Source: Pseudomonadota bacterium
Lineage (GTDB): Bacteria; Pseudomonadota; Gammaproteobacteria; Burkholderiales; Gallionellaceae
Reading direction: 5' to 3'
DNA length: 64,000 nucleotides
Assembly (NCBI GenBank): GCA_043826585.1
Contig: JBDRPZ010000043.1
Location: 481-64,480 of the forward strand
A program made the position numbers and the translations under genes. Shown one piece after another: positions 38,479 to 48,173 of the stretch. Each line of letters begins with the position of its first letter. The first letter of the stretch is position 1. The notes beneath the pieces were generated by a model. That model was not told the DNA's origin. It saw nothing but the letters and a program-made list of their open reading frames with translations, and ran no database searches.

Positions 38479-39568
38479 GGCGAAGGACTGGCTGGCACGC
38501 ATCCACGCGCTGAACATAGACCGCCCCCTGCGCATCATGAACGTGTGCGGCGGGCATGAACGTTCCATCTCAATGGCCGGGTTGCGCACGGCCTTACCTG
38601 AACAAGTCCAACTGATCGCCGGGCCCGGCTGCCCGGTGTGCGTGTGTCCGGAAGAGGATGTCTATCAGGCGATACAACTTGCCGTGCATGCGAACGTGAT
38701 TCTGGTTGCGTTCGGCGACATGCTGCGTGTGCCGGTGAACGTGGCGAAGGGCGAGGTGCGTTCGCTGGAACAGGCGAAGGCGGCGGGTGCCGACGTGCGG
38801 GCTATCGCCAGTCCGCGCGAGGCGGTGCAGATCACGCAACAGAATCCTGATCGGCAGGTGGTGTTCTTCGCTGCCGGGTTCGAGACCACCATGGCACCAG
38901 TCGCCGCGATGTTGCTGGAAGGCGTGCCTGACAATCTCTCGCTCTTGCTCTCGGGCCGCCTCACCTGGCCCGCAGTCGCCATGCTGCTGGATTCCGGCGA
39001 AGCAGGATTCAACGCATTGGTCGCACCCGGCCACGTGGCGACGGTGATGGGGCCGGAGGAGTGGGGCTTCGTGGTAGATAAACATCACATGCCTGCCGCC
39101 GTGGCGGGCTTCACGCCGGTGTCCTTGCTGGCGGCGATGTATTCCGTGTTGCGCCAACTGCTCGAAGACAAATGCTTCCTCGATAACTGTTATCCCGAAC
39201 TGGTGAAGCCGGGTGGCAATCCGGTCGCGCGCAAACATCTGGCGCAGGCGTTCGAAGTCACCGATGCCAACTGGCGCGGCATCGGCATCATCCCGGCCTC
39301 CGGTTATGCACTGGCGCCGGCTTATGCCGCACACGATGCGCGACTGCGTTTCCCTGCTCACAACGATGCAGAAAGAAAACGCGCAGGGCAGATGCCGCCG
39401 GGCTGCGATTGCGCGCGCGTGGTGCTGGGCCGGATCAACCCCGACCAATGCAAACTCTATGGCACCGCTTGCACGCCCAAGTATCCGGTGGGGCCGTGCA
39501 TGGTGTCGGACGAAGGGGCGTGCCGCATCTGGTGGTCCACGGGCATCCGGGCAGCGGAGCATGCCTGA
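38471..39568 (+). CDS. hypD: hydrogenase formation protein HypD
   Basis: 365 aa with motifs ...MNVCGGHE..., GPGCPVCV and ...GFETT... Overlaps hypC by 8 nt. Confidence 0.95.
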   Translation: MLEAKDWLARIHALNIDRPLRIMNVCGGHERSISMAGLRTALPEQVQLIAGPGCPVCVCPEEDVYQAIQLAVHANVILVAFGDMLRVPVNVAKGEVRSLEQAKAAGADVRAIASPREAVQITQQNPDRQVVFFAAGFETTMAPVAAMLLEGVPDNLSLLLSGRLTWPAVAMLLDSGEAGFNALVAPGHVATVMGPEEWGFVVDKHHMPAAVAGFTPVSLLAAMYSVLRQLLEDKCFLDNCYPELVKPGGNPVARKHLAQAFEVTDANWRGIGIIPASGYALAPAYAAHDARLRFPAHNDAERKRAGQMPPGCDCARVVLGRINPDQCKLYGTACTPKYPVGPCMVSDEGACRIWWSTGIRAAEHA

Positions 39569-41789
39569 AGCTAAACGCTGGATACTGACAGGAAGAGTTC
39601 AGGGCGTCGGCTTCCGGCCTTTCGTTTACTTGCTGGCACAACGCTTCGATCTCAAAGGCTGGGTGCAGAATCAGGTCGGGCAGGTGATGATCGAAGCGGA
39701 AGGCGAAGCATCCGTGCTGGATAGTTTCTCTGCCGCTCTCATCGCCGAAGCGCCGCCGCTGTCACGTCCACACATCGCCAGCGTAACGACCATCCCGCTA
39801 CGCGCTTACACCGCCTTCGAGATACGCGACAGCGCCAGTGCAGGCGAGACGCACATCCATGTCCCGCCCGACCTGTATCTGTGCGCTGACTGCCAGCGCG
39901 AGATGCAATCGCCGCAGGACAGACGCTATCGCTATCCCTTCATCAACTGCACGCAATGCGGTCCGCGCTACACCCTGATCGCGCGCATGCCATACGACCG
40001 TGCCAACACCACCATGGCAGGCTTCGCGTTGTGCGACGCATGTCGCGCCGAATACGAAGACCCCGCCAGTCGCCGCTTCCATGCCGAACCTATCGCTTGT
40101 CCGCAATGCGGGCCGCAACTGGAATTCGTGTCTGGCGAAGAGAGGTTGCATCGCGAAGCTGCATTGGTTGCCTGCATCGCCGCCCTGCGTCGCGGCGAGA
40201 TCGTCGCCGTCAAAGGCATAGGCGGTTATCACCTGATGTGCGATGCACGCAACGCTGCATCCATCGCACGTTTGCGCGAACGCAAACACCGGCCGCACAA
40301 GGCGCTGGCGGTGATGTTCAAGGACATGGCAGCGGTGCATGCAGAACTGCAAGTCGATGCGCAATCTGAAACTGCGCTGTGCGATGCCGCACGTCCCATC
40401 GTGTTGTTGCCGCGCAAGCAGGCAAGCAGTTTGCCGGACGGCATCGCGCCCGGCCTGCGCGAGGTCGGCGCGATGCTGCCTTACAGTCCCTTGCATCATC
40501 TGCTGCTGGCAGAACTGGATGGGCCGTTGGTTGCCACCTCGGCCAACCTCAGTGGCGAACCGGTGTTGACCGAAGGCGCAGAAGTGGCAGCGCGTCTGGG
40601 CAAGGTGGCGGATGCCTTCCTGCATCACGATCGGCCCATCGCGCGCCCTGCAGACGATGCCGTGCTGCGCATCATCGCTAACCAAACGCGCTTGATCCGC
40701 CCCGGTCGCGGCATCTCGCCTATTGAGATAGACCTGCCTTTTGCCTTGCCTCAAGCCACGCTCGCCGTCGGCGGCCACATGAAGAACACCATCGCGCTCG
40801 GCTGGGGCAAGCGCGCCGTGCTGACGCCGCACATCGGCGACCTCGATGCGCCGCGCAGCATCGCCGTGTTCGAACAGGTCATTGCCGACATGCAACGTTT
40901 GTATGGCGTCACGGCGCAAGCCATCGTGTGCGATGCGCATCCGCAATACGCCAGCAGTCGCTGGGCCGCGAAGCAGGGCCTGCCCGTGCAGGCCGTCTGG
41001 CATCATCACGCGCATGCCGCCGCGCTGGCGCTGGAACATGGCGCGGACAAGACCTGGCTCACTTTCACCTGGGATGGTGTGGGGCTGGGCGAAGATGGCA
41101 CGCTGTGGGGTGGTGAGACCTTGCACGGGCGCGTCGGCGATTGGCATCGCGTCGCCAGCCTGCGACCGTTCCGTTTGCCGGGCGGCGACAAGGCCGCGCG
41201 CGAACCTTGGCGTTCGGCAGCGGGGTTGTGCTGGGAGATGGGCGCTGACAAATCCTTCCCGGTGGATGACATCACCTTGCTGCACACCGCCTGGCAACGC
41301 GGCATCAACACACCATCCACCAGCGCGGTCGGCCGCTTGTTCGACGGCGCAGCGCACCTGCTCGGGATGATCGATCATGCGAGCCATGAAGGGCAGGGCG
41401 GCATGTTGCTGGAACAGATCGCGGCGGGTGAAGCGGAAGTCATCGTGATGCCGTTGAACGAAGATGCGCAAGGCGTGCTGCGCATAGACTGGCAACCCCT
41501 GATCGCCGCCATGATGCGCAACGATGTGCCGGTCGCGACGCGCGCGATGCAGTTCCATCGCAGTCTGGCGCACAGCATCGTGATGCAGGCGCAGCGCATC
41601 CATGCGCAGCAGGCGTTCGACGCGGTGGGCTTGAGCGGCGGCGTGTTCCAGAACAAGCTGCTGGCCGAGCTGGCGCTGCAAGGATTGCAACAGGCAGGGT
41701 TCGACGCGTATCTGCCGCAGCAGATACCGTGCAATGATGGCGGCATCGCCTTGGGACAATTGATGGAAGCAGGGATCAAGCATGGATGA
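39561..41789 (+). CDS. hypF: carbamoyltransferase HypF
   Basis: 742 aa from ATG 39561, overlapping the hypD stop. Acylphosphatase domain (GRVQGVGFRPFV), two zinc-finger CxxC pairs, YrdC and Kae1-like domains. Confidence 0.95.
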   Translation: MPEAKRWILTGRVQGVGFRPFVYLLAQRFDLKGWVQNQVGQVMIEAEGEASVLDSFSAALIAEAPPLSRPHIASVTTIPLRAYTAFEIRDSASAGETHIHVPPDLYLCADCQREMQSPQDRRYRYPFINCTQCGPRYTLIARMPYDRANTTMAGFALCDACRAEYEDPASRRFHAEPIACPQCGPQLEFVSGEERLHREAALVACIAALRRGEIVAVKGIGGYHLMCDARNAASIARLRERKHRPHKALAVMFKDMAAVHAELQVDAQSETALCDAARPIVLLPRKQASSLPDGIAPGLREVGAMLPYSPLHHLLLAELDGPLVATSANLSGEPVLTEGAEVAARLGKVADAFLHHDRPIARPADDAVLRIIANQTRLIRPGRGISPIEIDLPFALPQATLAVGGHMKNTIALGWGKRAVLTPHIGDLDAPRSIAVFEQVIADMQRLYGVTAQAIVCDAHPQYASSRWAAKQGLPVQAVWHHHAHAAALALEHGADKTWLTFTWDGVGLGEDGTLWGGETLHGRVGDWHRVASLRPFRLPGGDKAAREPWRSAAGLCWEMGADKSFPVDDITLLHTAWQRGINTPSTSAVGRLFDGAAHLLGMIDHASHEGQGGMLLEQIAAGEAEVIVMPLNEDAQGVLRIDWQPLIAAMMRNDVPVATRAMQFHRSLAHSIVMQAQRIHAQQAFDAVGLSGGVFQNKLLAELALQGLQQAGFDAYLPQQIPCNDGGIALGQLMEAGIKHG

Positions 41790-42786
41790 AACGCATATCA
41801 GTCTGGCGCACGGCAACGGCGGGCGCTACATGCGCGAACTGATCGACGAACTGTTCGCGCGATATTTGAAGAACCCGCTGCTCGATGTGCAGGTGGATGC
41901 CGCATCGCTGCCGCCCATGGACGGCGTGCTGATGATGACGACCGACGGCTTCACCGTGCAGCCGCTGGAATTCCCCGGCGGCAGCATCGGCTCGCTGGCC
42001 GTGCACGGCACAGTGAACGACCTCGCCGTCTCCGGCGCGACCCCGCGCTACCTCACGCTCAATGCCTTCATCGAAGAAGGCATGGAAATCGCACAACTGG
42101 AACGCATCGTCGCCGACCTGGCGCGCGCCGCAAGAGAGGCGAACGTGGCCGTGGTGGCGGGCGACACCAAGGTGCTGCGGCGCGGTGAGGGCGGCGGTGT
42201 CTATCTCGCCACCACCGGCATCGGCGTGCGGCCAGCGACGGTGAAGCTGGGACTGGACCGTATCCGCGCGGGCGATGCCATTCTGGTCAGCGGCCCGGTG
42301 GGCGACCACGGCATCGCGGTGTTGCTGGCGCGCGAACAGTTCGGCCTCAGCGGCGAGCTGATGTCAGATGCGGCCAGCGTGTACCCCTTGGCGCGAGCAC
42401 TGCTGCCGTTACCCGGACTGCGCTTCATGCGCGACCCCACACGCGGCGGACTCGCCACCGTGATGCACGAGATATGCCGCGCCACCAATCTGCAGGTGTT
42501 GCTGCAACAAGACACCATCCCCGTGCGCGAACAAGTGGCAGCGGTATGCGAGATGCTGGGTTACGACGCGATGTATCTGGCCTGCGAAGGACGGCTGGTG
42601 GCCGTGGTCGATGCCGCGCAAGCCGATGCCGCACTGGCTGCGCTGCAAGCCCTACCGCAAGGGCAGGGCGCAGCCATCATCGGCAGCGTGGGCAGTGGCA
42701 GGGCGCAGGTGGTGATGCAGACGGAGTTCGGCGGGCAGCGGCTTCTGGAAGAACTGGAAGACGACCCGTTGCCGCGTATCTGCTAG
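41782..42786 (+). CDS. hypE: hydrogenase expression/formation protein HypE
   Basis: 334 aa. PurM-like fold, ending in the ...PRIC C-terminal motif. Confidence 0.95.
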   Translation: MDETHISLAHGNGGRYMRELIDELFARYLKNPLLDVQVDAASLPPMDGVLMMTTDGFTVQPLEFPGGSIGSLAVHGTVNDLAVSGATPRYLTLNAFIEEGMEIAQLERIVADLARAAREANVAVVAGDTKVLRRGEGGGVYLATTGIGVRPATVKLGLDRIRAGDAILVSGPVGDHGIAVLLAREQFGLSGELMSDAASVYPLARALLPLPGLRFMRDPTRGGLATVMHEICRATNLQVLLQQDTIPVREQVAAVCEMLGYDAMYLACEGRLVAVVDAAQADAALAALQALPQGQGAAIIGSVGSGRAQVVMQTEFGGQRLLEELEDDPLPRIC

Positions 42787-42790
42787 TCCA

Positions 42791-43156
42791 CTACATCATG
42801 CTTCCGAACGAACGATCCGTCGTGTGCGGCGGCATCGGCAACCCGGCGATACGGCTAGCCTGACCAACAGGCCCAAGCGGGAAAAGTTGGTAAAGATATC
42901 CGCGCCCATTCACTTCTCCGAAACGCATCTCAAGGTCGTGTAACACGTCCCGTGCAGGATCGTCATTGCCGTGCGCACGGAAGCGTTCGCGCAGGTAATA
43001 GATGATCTTCCAGTGTTCATCGGTCAATTCGATACATTCAAGCCGAGCTTGCCGATTGGCAAAGTGTGGCGACCACTGTTCCAGTTCGCTCATGTTGCCT
43101 TCCGGGTCATGTTCGAAACGGGCGGGGTCTTGAATGGATTTGTTGATGTCGAGCAT
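42791..43156 (-). CDS. DsrC/TusE-family protein lacking both conserved C-terminal cysteines
   Basis: 121 aa. Family core ...LTDEHWKIIYYLRERF...YLYQLFPLGPVGQASRIAGLPMP, but the C-terminus is PHTTDRSFGSMM instead of ...TGCV or ...VKCI. Confidence 0.75.
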   Translation of the reverse strand: MLDINKSIQDPARFEHDPEGNMSELEQWSPHFANRQARLECIELTDEHWKIIYYLRERFRAHGNDDPARDVLHDLEMRFGEVNGRGYLYQLFPLGPVGQASRIAGLPMPPHTTDRSFGSMM

Positions 43157-43456
43157 GATGATTCCTCCTGCTGACTTGGATGGACAGAACAGTTCATCCG
43201 TCTGGACATCATCGAACTCTTGAGTGATATTGTCAACTATAGGTGTGGCAGGGTTATTGCAGCAGTCAGCAGCGATAGTTCAGGGGTAATCGGTTTGCTT
43301 ACAGATAGAGGGCAGGTGTTCGGCCATTGCCGCCCTTTGGACTGGATCGGAATTTGTACTGCAACCTAATCAATACCGGACACTCAACGTCTGAATTCAC
43401 TGGCCTTGCGCTTAATGCAGCGCAAGGTCAGTGGAATGATGGGTTAGATTCTCTTT

Positions 43457-44344
43457 TCACCGCGGCTTGTGCTCCGTCCGGTTTGAAATGTCGGGAATTG
43501 TGTCTACAGGAGAAATGACGGTCTGAATCTTGGCGCGGCCTTGGAGTCGCTGCTTTGCAACAAGGGCAAATGACTTTTTCGTGCGCTTCGCTTCTTCAAA
43601 TATGTTGTATATCTCGTCGCCAGACAGTGGTTCATCAGCAGCTTCAATTATCGTAGAGAAGTGATATGCAGCATCGTCTTCATTCATCGTGGGCTCTGTA
43701 TGTTCCAGAACTATCTCAGGATCAACGGACAGCGCATCTTGCATCCCTGATCCAGCGGTACCAAAACTGTGGTGGACCTTTGGCTCATCACGAAGGCTCA
43801 GATTGAAGAGATCGCGGTCGGACAACGGTACATGAAACTCATTGAAGTTGATAAATTGGCGACCATCTATGCGCATCTGAAAGTGGTAGTGCGGATGCGA
43901 TGACGGCCCAGCCCCATGACCACGCATATCGTTTTCGGTACAGTCAAACGTCCAGTCAATGTTTTTCCACTTGACGGTGTAGCTGATGACCTTTCGTTCC
44001 GATTTTTCGGATTTCAAGTCGTTGATGTTGCGCAGCATAGATTCCTCATTGGCGCACCAACGAAGGAAAGCGGCAATGTTGTGATAGTCATAGCGCGCAG
44101 TGATGCTCATGAAGTCCTTCTTCTTGAATCGGCACCGCCTGAGCAACCAGTGTGTGCAGGGATGAGAAGCGCGCATTTGTTCGAACTGCTCACCGCAGAG
44201 GTAGCAGCGGCCTTCCGCGTAGGCTTTCCGAAACTCAGCGACTTGTCGCTCGTGCTCCGCATGATCCCGACGATTGCCCTCTTCGATCTGCTCCGGTGAC
44301 AGTGATCGAAGGAAGGACTTTGCGCGGTCTGGATCGATGGGCAT
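43457..44344 (-). CDS. hypothetical protein (295 aa) with a CxxC...HxC zinc-ribbon-like motif, in the low-G+C islet
   Basis: ATG ORF. Contains CYLCGEQFEQMRASHPCTHW and the His-rich segment SSHPHYHFQM. Family not recognised. Confidence 0.5.
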   Translation of the reverse strand: MPIDPDRAKSFLRSLSPEQIEEGNRRDHAEHERQVAEFRKAYAEGRCYLCGEQFEQMRASHPCTHWLLRRCRFKKKDFMSITARYDYHNIAAFLRWCANEESMLRNINDLKSEKSERKVISYTVKWKNIDWTFDCTENDMRGHGAGPSSHPHYHFQMRIDGRQFINFNEFHVPLSDRDLFNLSLRDEPKVHHSFGTAGSGMQDALSVDPEIVLEHTEPTMNEDDAAYHFSTIIEAADEPLSGDEIYNIFEEAKRTKKSFALVAKQRLQGRAKIQTVISPVDTIPDISNRTEHKPR

Positions 44345-44431
44345 GTCGAATCTAACGTTGGAGGTAAGGGGCGCGGAGCCGGCTTCCCGGCGGAGCGTCC
44401 CTCTTGATCGAATGGTTGGGCCGCATTTCCT

Positions 44432-45088
44432 TCACTTGTTCGCTCCACTTGCAGCGGATGCTGGGACCTCTGCTTCTTTTGAGAATTTCATCGGTCCTGT
44501 GGTCGGATTATAAATGCCATAAGTTCTGACCTTTCCTTGTTCGAAGTCGAAGAAGACCTTATATTTCTCGAACGATAGAAGTCGCCCTAAACCATTTTCA
44601 GATGTTGAAACGTGACTTGGCGCCCCAAGTTTGCTGATGACTGCGTCGTACTCGGAGCCGACAGAGAAGCCAAGAAGGTATGGGGTCACGATTTGACGTT
44701 CATTCGCCCAGTAAGTTATGTGTCTGATCTTGTCGTCTCGGAACTGAACCACAACAACAGCGTCCTCCGGCTGCGCAGAACCTGAATGTGCATCGTAGAC
44801 CCAACTAACTTCCGTGCTGTGCTTGGCGATTGGTTCCCCCTTTAGGAAGCGAACGTCTGCGGGCGTGGAGTTGAGCTTTATTCCTTGGAACTCTTCCTGC
44901 GCCACGGGCCTGTTTTCGTAAGTACTTAAGCCCCAAATCCCGAGTGCCAGAATTGCCACACAACTAACCGGCAATGCTAACCCCCACTTAACTATGCGCT
45001 TCCAGTTCCAACGGTCTTTAGTTGCCACAAATAAGATGACAACACTCAAGAGAAGTGCGGAAAGAAAGATCCCTTCACCGACAGACAT
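44432..45088 (-). CDS. hypothetical membrane-anchored protein (218 aa), in the low-G+C islet
   Basis: ATG 45088 has GAGGAG 9 nt upstream (the ORF-track start at 45121 is TTG). Two N-terminal TM helices, then a soluble domain. Family not recognised. Confidence 0.5.
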   Translation of the reverse strand: MSVGEGIFLSALLLSVVILFVATKDRWNWKRIVKWGLALPVSCVAILALGIWGLSTYENRPVAQEEFQGIKLNSTPADVRFLKGEPIAKHSTEVSWVYDAHSGSAQPEDAVVVVQFRDDKIRHITYWANERQIVTPYLLGFSVGSEYDAVISKLGAPSHVSTSENGLGRLLSFEKYKVFFDFEQGKVRTYGIYNPTTGPMKFSKEAEVPASAASGANK

Positions 45089-45444
45089 TTGGCTGTACTC
45101 CTCTGCTAATTGATTGAGCAATCACGGCTGGATTGATGCGGTCCAACGTAAAGTAGATGGCAAAAACGCCATATATTCTGGAGCGATATGCCGCATAAGC
45201 CGGAAAAAATTGTCTAATGGTTTGATTCTATTAGTTTGGCAACTTTCAAACACGGCACTTCCTCTAGCAAACGCGGCATTATTCGAGACACCGCAACGGA
45301 TGGCACCGTAGCAGCAAATGCTCTTTCAGCATATATGCCGAAATATCTATATCCAGCCGAGATAATCGAATGGTCTGCATTCAAGCGCATGGCTGACTGC
45401 CGCAGAACGGTAGTCTGAAGACTGCTATGGCCGAATAGCCGCCT

Positions 45445-45828
45445 TCAAGAATTCTCTTCTCTCACCGCCGCCCTAGTCAGCCTGTCAAACCCCAACGTAG
45501 AGAACTTATCGATGTTGAGATATTCGTCGGTGACATCGACTTGTGCACCGATGTTGTTGCTGCTGCACCATTTATCCCAGGCGGGTATTCCTGCCGGATA
45601 GTTGCCGGGCAGGCCGACGAGTTTGTAGAGTCTGCCGCTGCGGGTGCTGACGGTCATGTTGTGCGCATCGAACTTTTTGATGGCGCTGGAGGTGCGGGCG
45701 AAGTTGTGGGTGACGTCGTGGCCGTGTACGTGGCGGCTGCTCTGGCCTTGTTTGGTGGTGATCTCCATCACGCTCCAGCGGCGCAGGGTGACTTCGCGTG
45801 ATGCTTCAGGTGTGGTTCTGACGGCCAT
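45445..45828 (-). CDS. hypothetical protein (127 aa)
   Basis: ATG ORF. Family not recognised. Confidence 0.45.
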   Translation of the reverse strand: MAVRTTPEASREVTLRRWSVMEITTKQGQSSRHVHGHDVTHNFARTSSAIKKFDAHNMTVSTRSGRLYKLVGLPGNYPAGIPAWDKWCSSNNIGAQVDVTDEYLNIDKFSTLGFDRLTRAAVREENS

Positions 45829-45942
45829 AGCTCTTATCCATTCGAGACCAGATTCGGAATGACAGGTATCTTAACGGAGAGTCGGGTTCGGTGCGCGCTG
45901 CTTTGTATCTGCCGCAGATAAGGGCAGGGGTAGCTTCGCATC

Positions 45943-45981
45943 AAAATACAAAAGCCGCGCGACCGGTCAGGGGCGCGCGGC
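45943..45981 (-). terminator. rho-independent terminator downstream of the 56-aa ORF
   Basis: On the minus strand: GCCGCGCG, a 12-nt loop, CGCGCGGC, then TTTTGTATTTT. Confidence 0.55.
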
Positions 45982-46001
45982 GGTGATGCTTGCGGAGCGC
46001 T

Positions 46002-46172
46002 TCAGGGGCGCTTGGGTGTGGCGTAGGGGGCGACTTTCTGGATCGGTTCCCAGGTGGTCTCATAGCCTACGAAGAACTGGCCGGGCACGATCTCTTTCTG
46101 GCGGGTGGTTACGCGGAAGGCGTGACCGTCCGGAATCTTGGGGCGGCAAAAAGGTTTCTTTTCTTCACTCAT
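46002..46172 (-). CDS. small protein (56 aa), missing from the ORF track
   Basis: MSEEKKPFCRPKIPDGHAFRVTTRQKEIVPGQFFVGYETTWEPIQKVAPYATPKRP. AAGGAGATAGGACC precedes the ATG and a terminator follows the stop. Confidence 0.45.
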   Translation of the reverse strand: MSEEKKPFCRPKIPDGHAFRVTTRQKEIVPGQFFVGYETTWEPIQKVAPYATPKRP

Positions 46173-46259
46173 GGTCCTATCTCCTTTGGTCGTTGCAAAC
46201 TGTTGCTCGTAGCGGGAGGCATATCGCAGCGGGCCCCTCCCGGGTGGCCGTGAACTTGT

Positions 46260-46673
46260 TCATTTGCGCGTGTAGTGCGCCTTGCTCGGTATCACGTGCC
46301 GCACGCCGCCTTGCGGTTTTTCCACGTCGCCCTTGTAGCGGGGGATGAGGTGGATGTGCACGTGGAAGATGCTTTGCCCGGCTGCTTGTCCGATGTTGAC
46401 GCCGACGTTGTAGCCGTCCGGTTTGAACTCGGCATCGATGAGTTTCTTTTCCTGCTGGACGAGGTTCATGCAGGCGGCGACTTCTTCCGGCGTCAGATCG
46501 AAGAATTCAGCGACGTGGCGACGCGGGATGATCAGCGTGTGGCCGGGGCTGGTGGGGTAGCTGTCGCGCGCGCTGTAGGCGTGTTCGTTCTGTAGCGATA
46601 CGCCACGCGGGTCCTTGCAGAACAGGCAGGGATTGTTGGGATCGCGCTTCTTTTCTTGTGTTGCTTCAGACAT
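46260..46673 (-). CDS. HIT (histidine triad) family protein
   Basis: 137 aa with histidine triad HVHIHLIPR and an N-terminal CLFC. Confidence 0.85.
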   Translation of the reverse strand: MSEATQEKKRDPNNPCLFCKDPRGVSLQNEHAYSARDSYPTSPGHTLIIPRRHVAEFFDLTPEEVAACMNLVQQEKKLIDAEFKPDGYNVGVNIGQAAGQSIFHVHIHLIPRYKGDVEKPQGGVRHVIPSKAHYTRK

Positions 46674-46707
46674 CAGCAGAACACCTCTTTCATTACGTTA
46701 TACTCGG

Positions 46708-47154
46708 ATGAAGATAATCATCGACGAGGGAATCATCGTGGCAGCGAACAAAGGACGGGCTTACTTTGCATTGCTTGGTTACCATTTCAACCCCGACGAC
46801 ATCACACGTTTGCTCGGCATAGAGCCCACCACGGTCAATGCCGCGGGCGCATACAGCGGGCTGGACAAGCCCGTCATCAGTTCCTGGGAGTTGTCCTCGG
46901 AAACACTCAGCGGCGAGGTGGATGTGTTCGCCTTGACCGACAGCCTCGTCAAGCAACTGGAACCGCTCAAGGAGAAGATCGTGGAAGTCTGCAAGAGCCA
47001 CAACCTGTCTCCGCGTCTGGGCGTGGCGTTGACCTTGTCCATCGACAAGGGCGAGACCAGCCCCGAAGTCGGTTTCGGCGCGCGTACCATCCGCTTCCTG
47101 GCGGATACCGGCTCGTTCATCGAGGTGGAGAACAAACTGTCCGAGCGGGTCTGA
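46708..47154 (+). CDS. DUF4279-like protein
   Basis: 148 aa from ATG 46708. Pattern AYFALLGYHFNPDDITRLLGIEPT...SSWELSSE resembles DUF4279 as I recall it. Confidence 0.55.
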   Translation: MKIIIDEGIIVAANKGRAYFALLGYHFNPDDITRLLGIEPTTVNAAGAYSGLDKPVISSWELSSETLSGEVDVFALTDSLVKQLEPLKEKIVEVCKSHNLSPRLGVALTLSIDKGETSPEVGFGARTIRFLADTGSFIEVENKLSERV

Positions 47155-47162
47155 GTCATTTA

Positions 47163-48173
47163 TTACCCCGCGACCTGAGCGTCCGGCGCGGTTCGCGCCA
47201 GCTTCATCTGTTCCTGACAATGCCGCAAGCACAGCGGCTGCAGCGCGTGCGAGAAGCACTCGATGATGACTTCGAATTCATCCGCGACCTCTTCGGCCAG
47301 CGCGGCATCGTTGGTCATCTGCGCCAGCATGTTCTGAGCGGTGGCCCTGTTCACGCGACAGAGGACAGAGACATGGATGGGCAGTTGCTGTTCCATGCCG
47401 ACCGTCAGCGCTTTCTCGTATGAATTGATCGCTTCCTTCAGGCGGTCGGGGTTCGCTTCCGATTCGCCGAGGTGATGCAGGGTGACGCCGCGGTTGTTAT
47501 GCGTGGCGGTCAATTCCAGTGCGTGATCGTCTGCGTTGAGTGCGGCCAGCGCATTCTTCCAGGCGACCACGGACTTTTGCAGTTGGCGGTTGCCCTTGAG
47601 CTGGATGCCGTAGGTGTACAGGGTCGCGCCCAGTTGATGCATGGTCTGCAACCATTCTTCGGGATGCGCTTCGCGCGTCCAGACCAGCAGGGCGTTGGTA
47701 TAGGCATCCACCGCGAGCTTCAGCGGATTGGTCTCTTCCTGTAAGCGGCCCAGCGCCTGGTTGGCTGTGCCCAGGTTGTATTGCGTACTCGCCCATTGCT
47801 GCGGCGAGTCTTCCTGTGTGATGCCTTGCAGTGCATGTTCGAAACACTGCACGGCCTGCGCGAACAAGGCCGCATCGTGGCGCTGCTGGCCCAGTGCGGC
47901 GAGGATGTTGCCGAGCTTGTTCTGCGTCTCTGCGCTTGGCGTCGCGGCCAGCGATGCTTCCAGCGCTTCGCGCAGGCGCTCGAAGATGCGCGTGCTGTAA
48001 CGGTGCTGTTCGTAATTGCCGCGTGTGAAACGGAAGTTGTCCGCGACGGCGACTTGCGTATCCGGCATGGCCGCGGCGGCATCCTGCTCACTCAGCAGAC
48101 TGAGCGAGCCCGCTATGGCGCGTTCCAGTGCCTTGTTCGCGGGGTAGAGGAGGTAGAGGGTAGAGCGCTTCAT
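47163..48173 (-). CDS. tetratricopeptide-repeat protein
   Basis: 336 aa with repeated ...W(A/L)xTQxNLGxA...Y..AL... TPR-like units. Confidence 0.7.
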   Translation of the reverse strand: MKRSTLYLLYPANKALERAIAGSLSLLSEQDAAAAMPDTQVAVADNFRFTRGNYEQHRYSTRIFERLREALEASLAATPSAETQNKLGNILAALGQQRHDAALFAQAVQCFEHALQGITQEDSPQQWASTQYNLGTANQALGRLQEETNPLKLAVDAYTNALLVWTREAHPEEWLQTMHQLGATLYTYGIQLKGNRQLQKSVVAWKNALAALNADDHALELTATHNNRGVTLHHLGESEANPDRLKEAINSYEKALTVGMEQQLPIHVSVLCRVNRATAQNMLAQMTNDAALAEEVADEFEVIIECFSHALQPLCLRHCQEQMKLARTAPDAQVAG

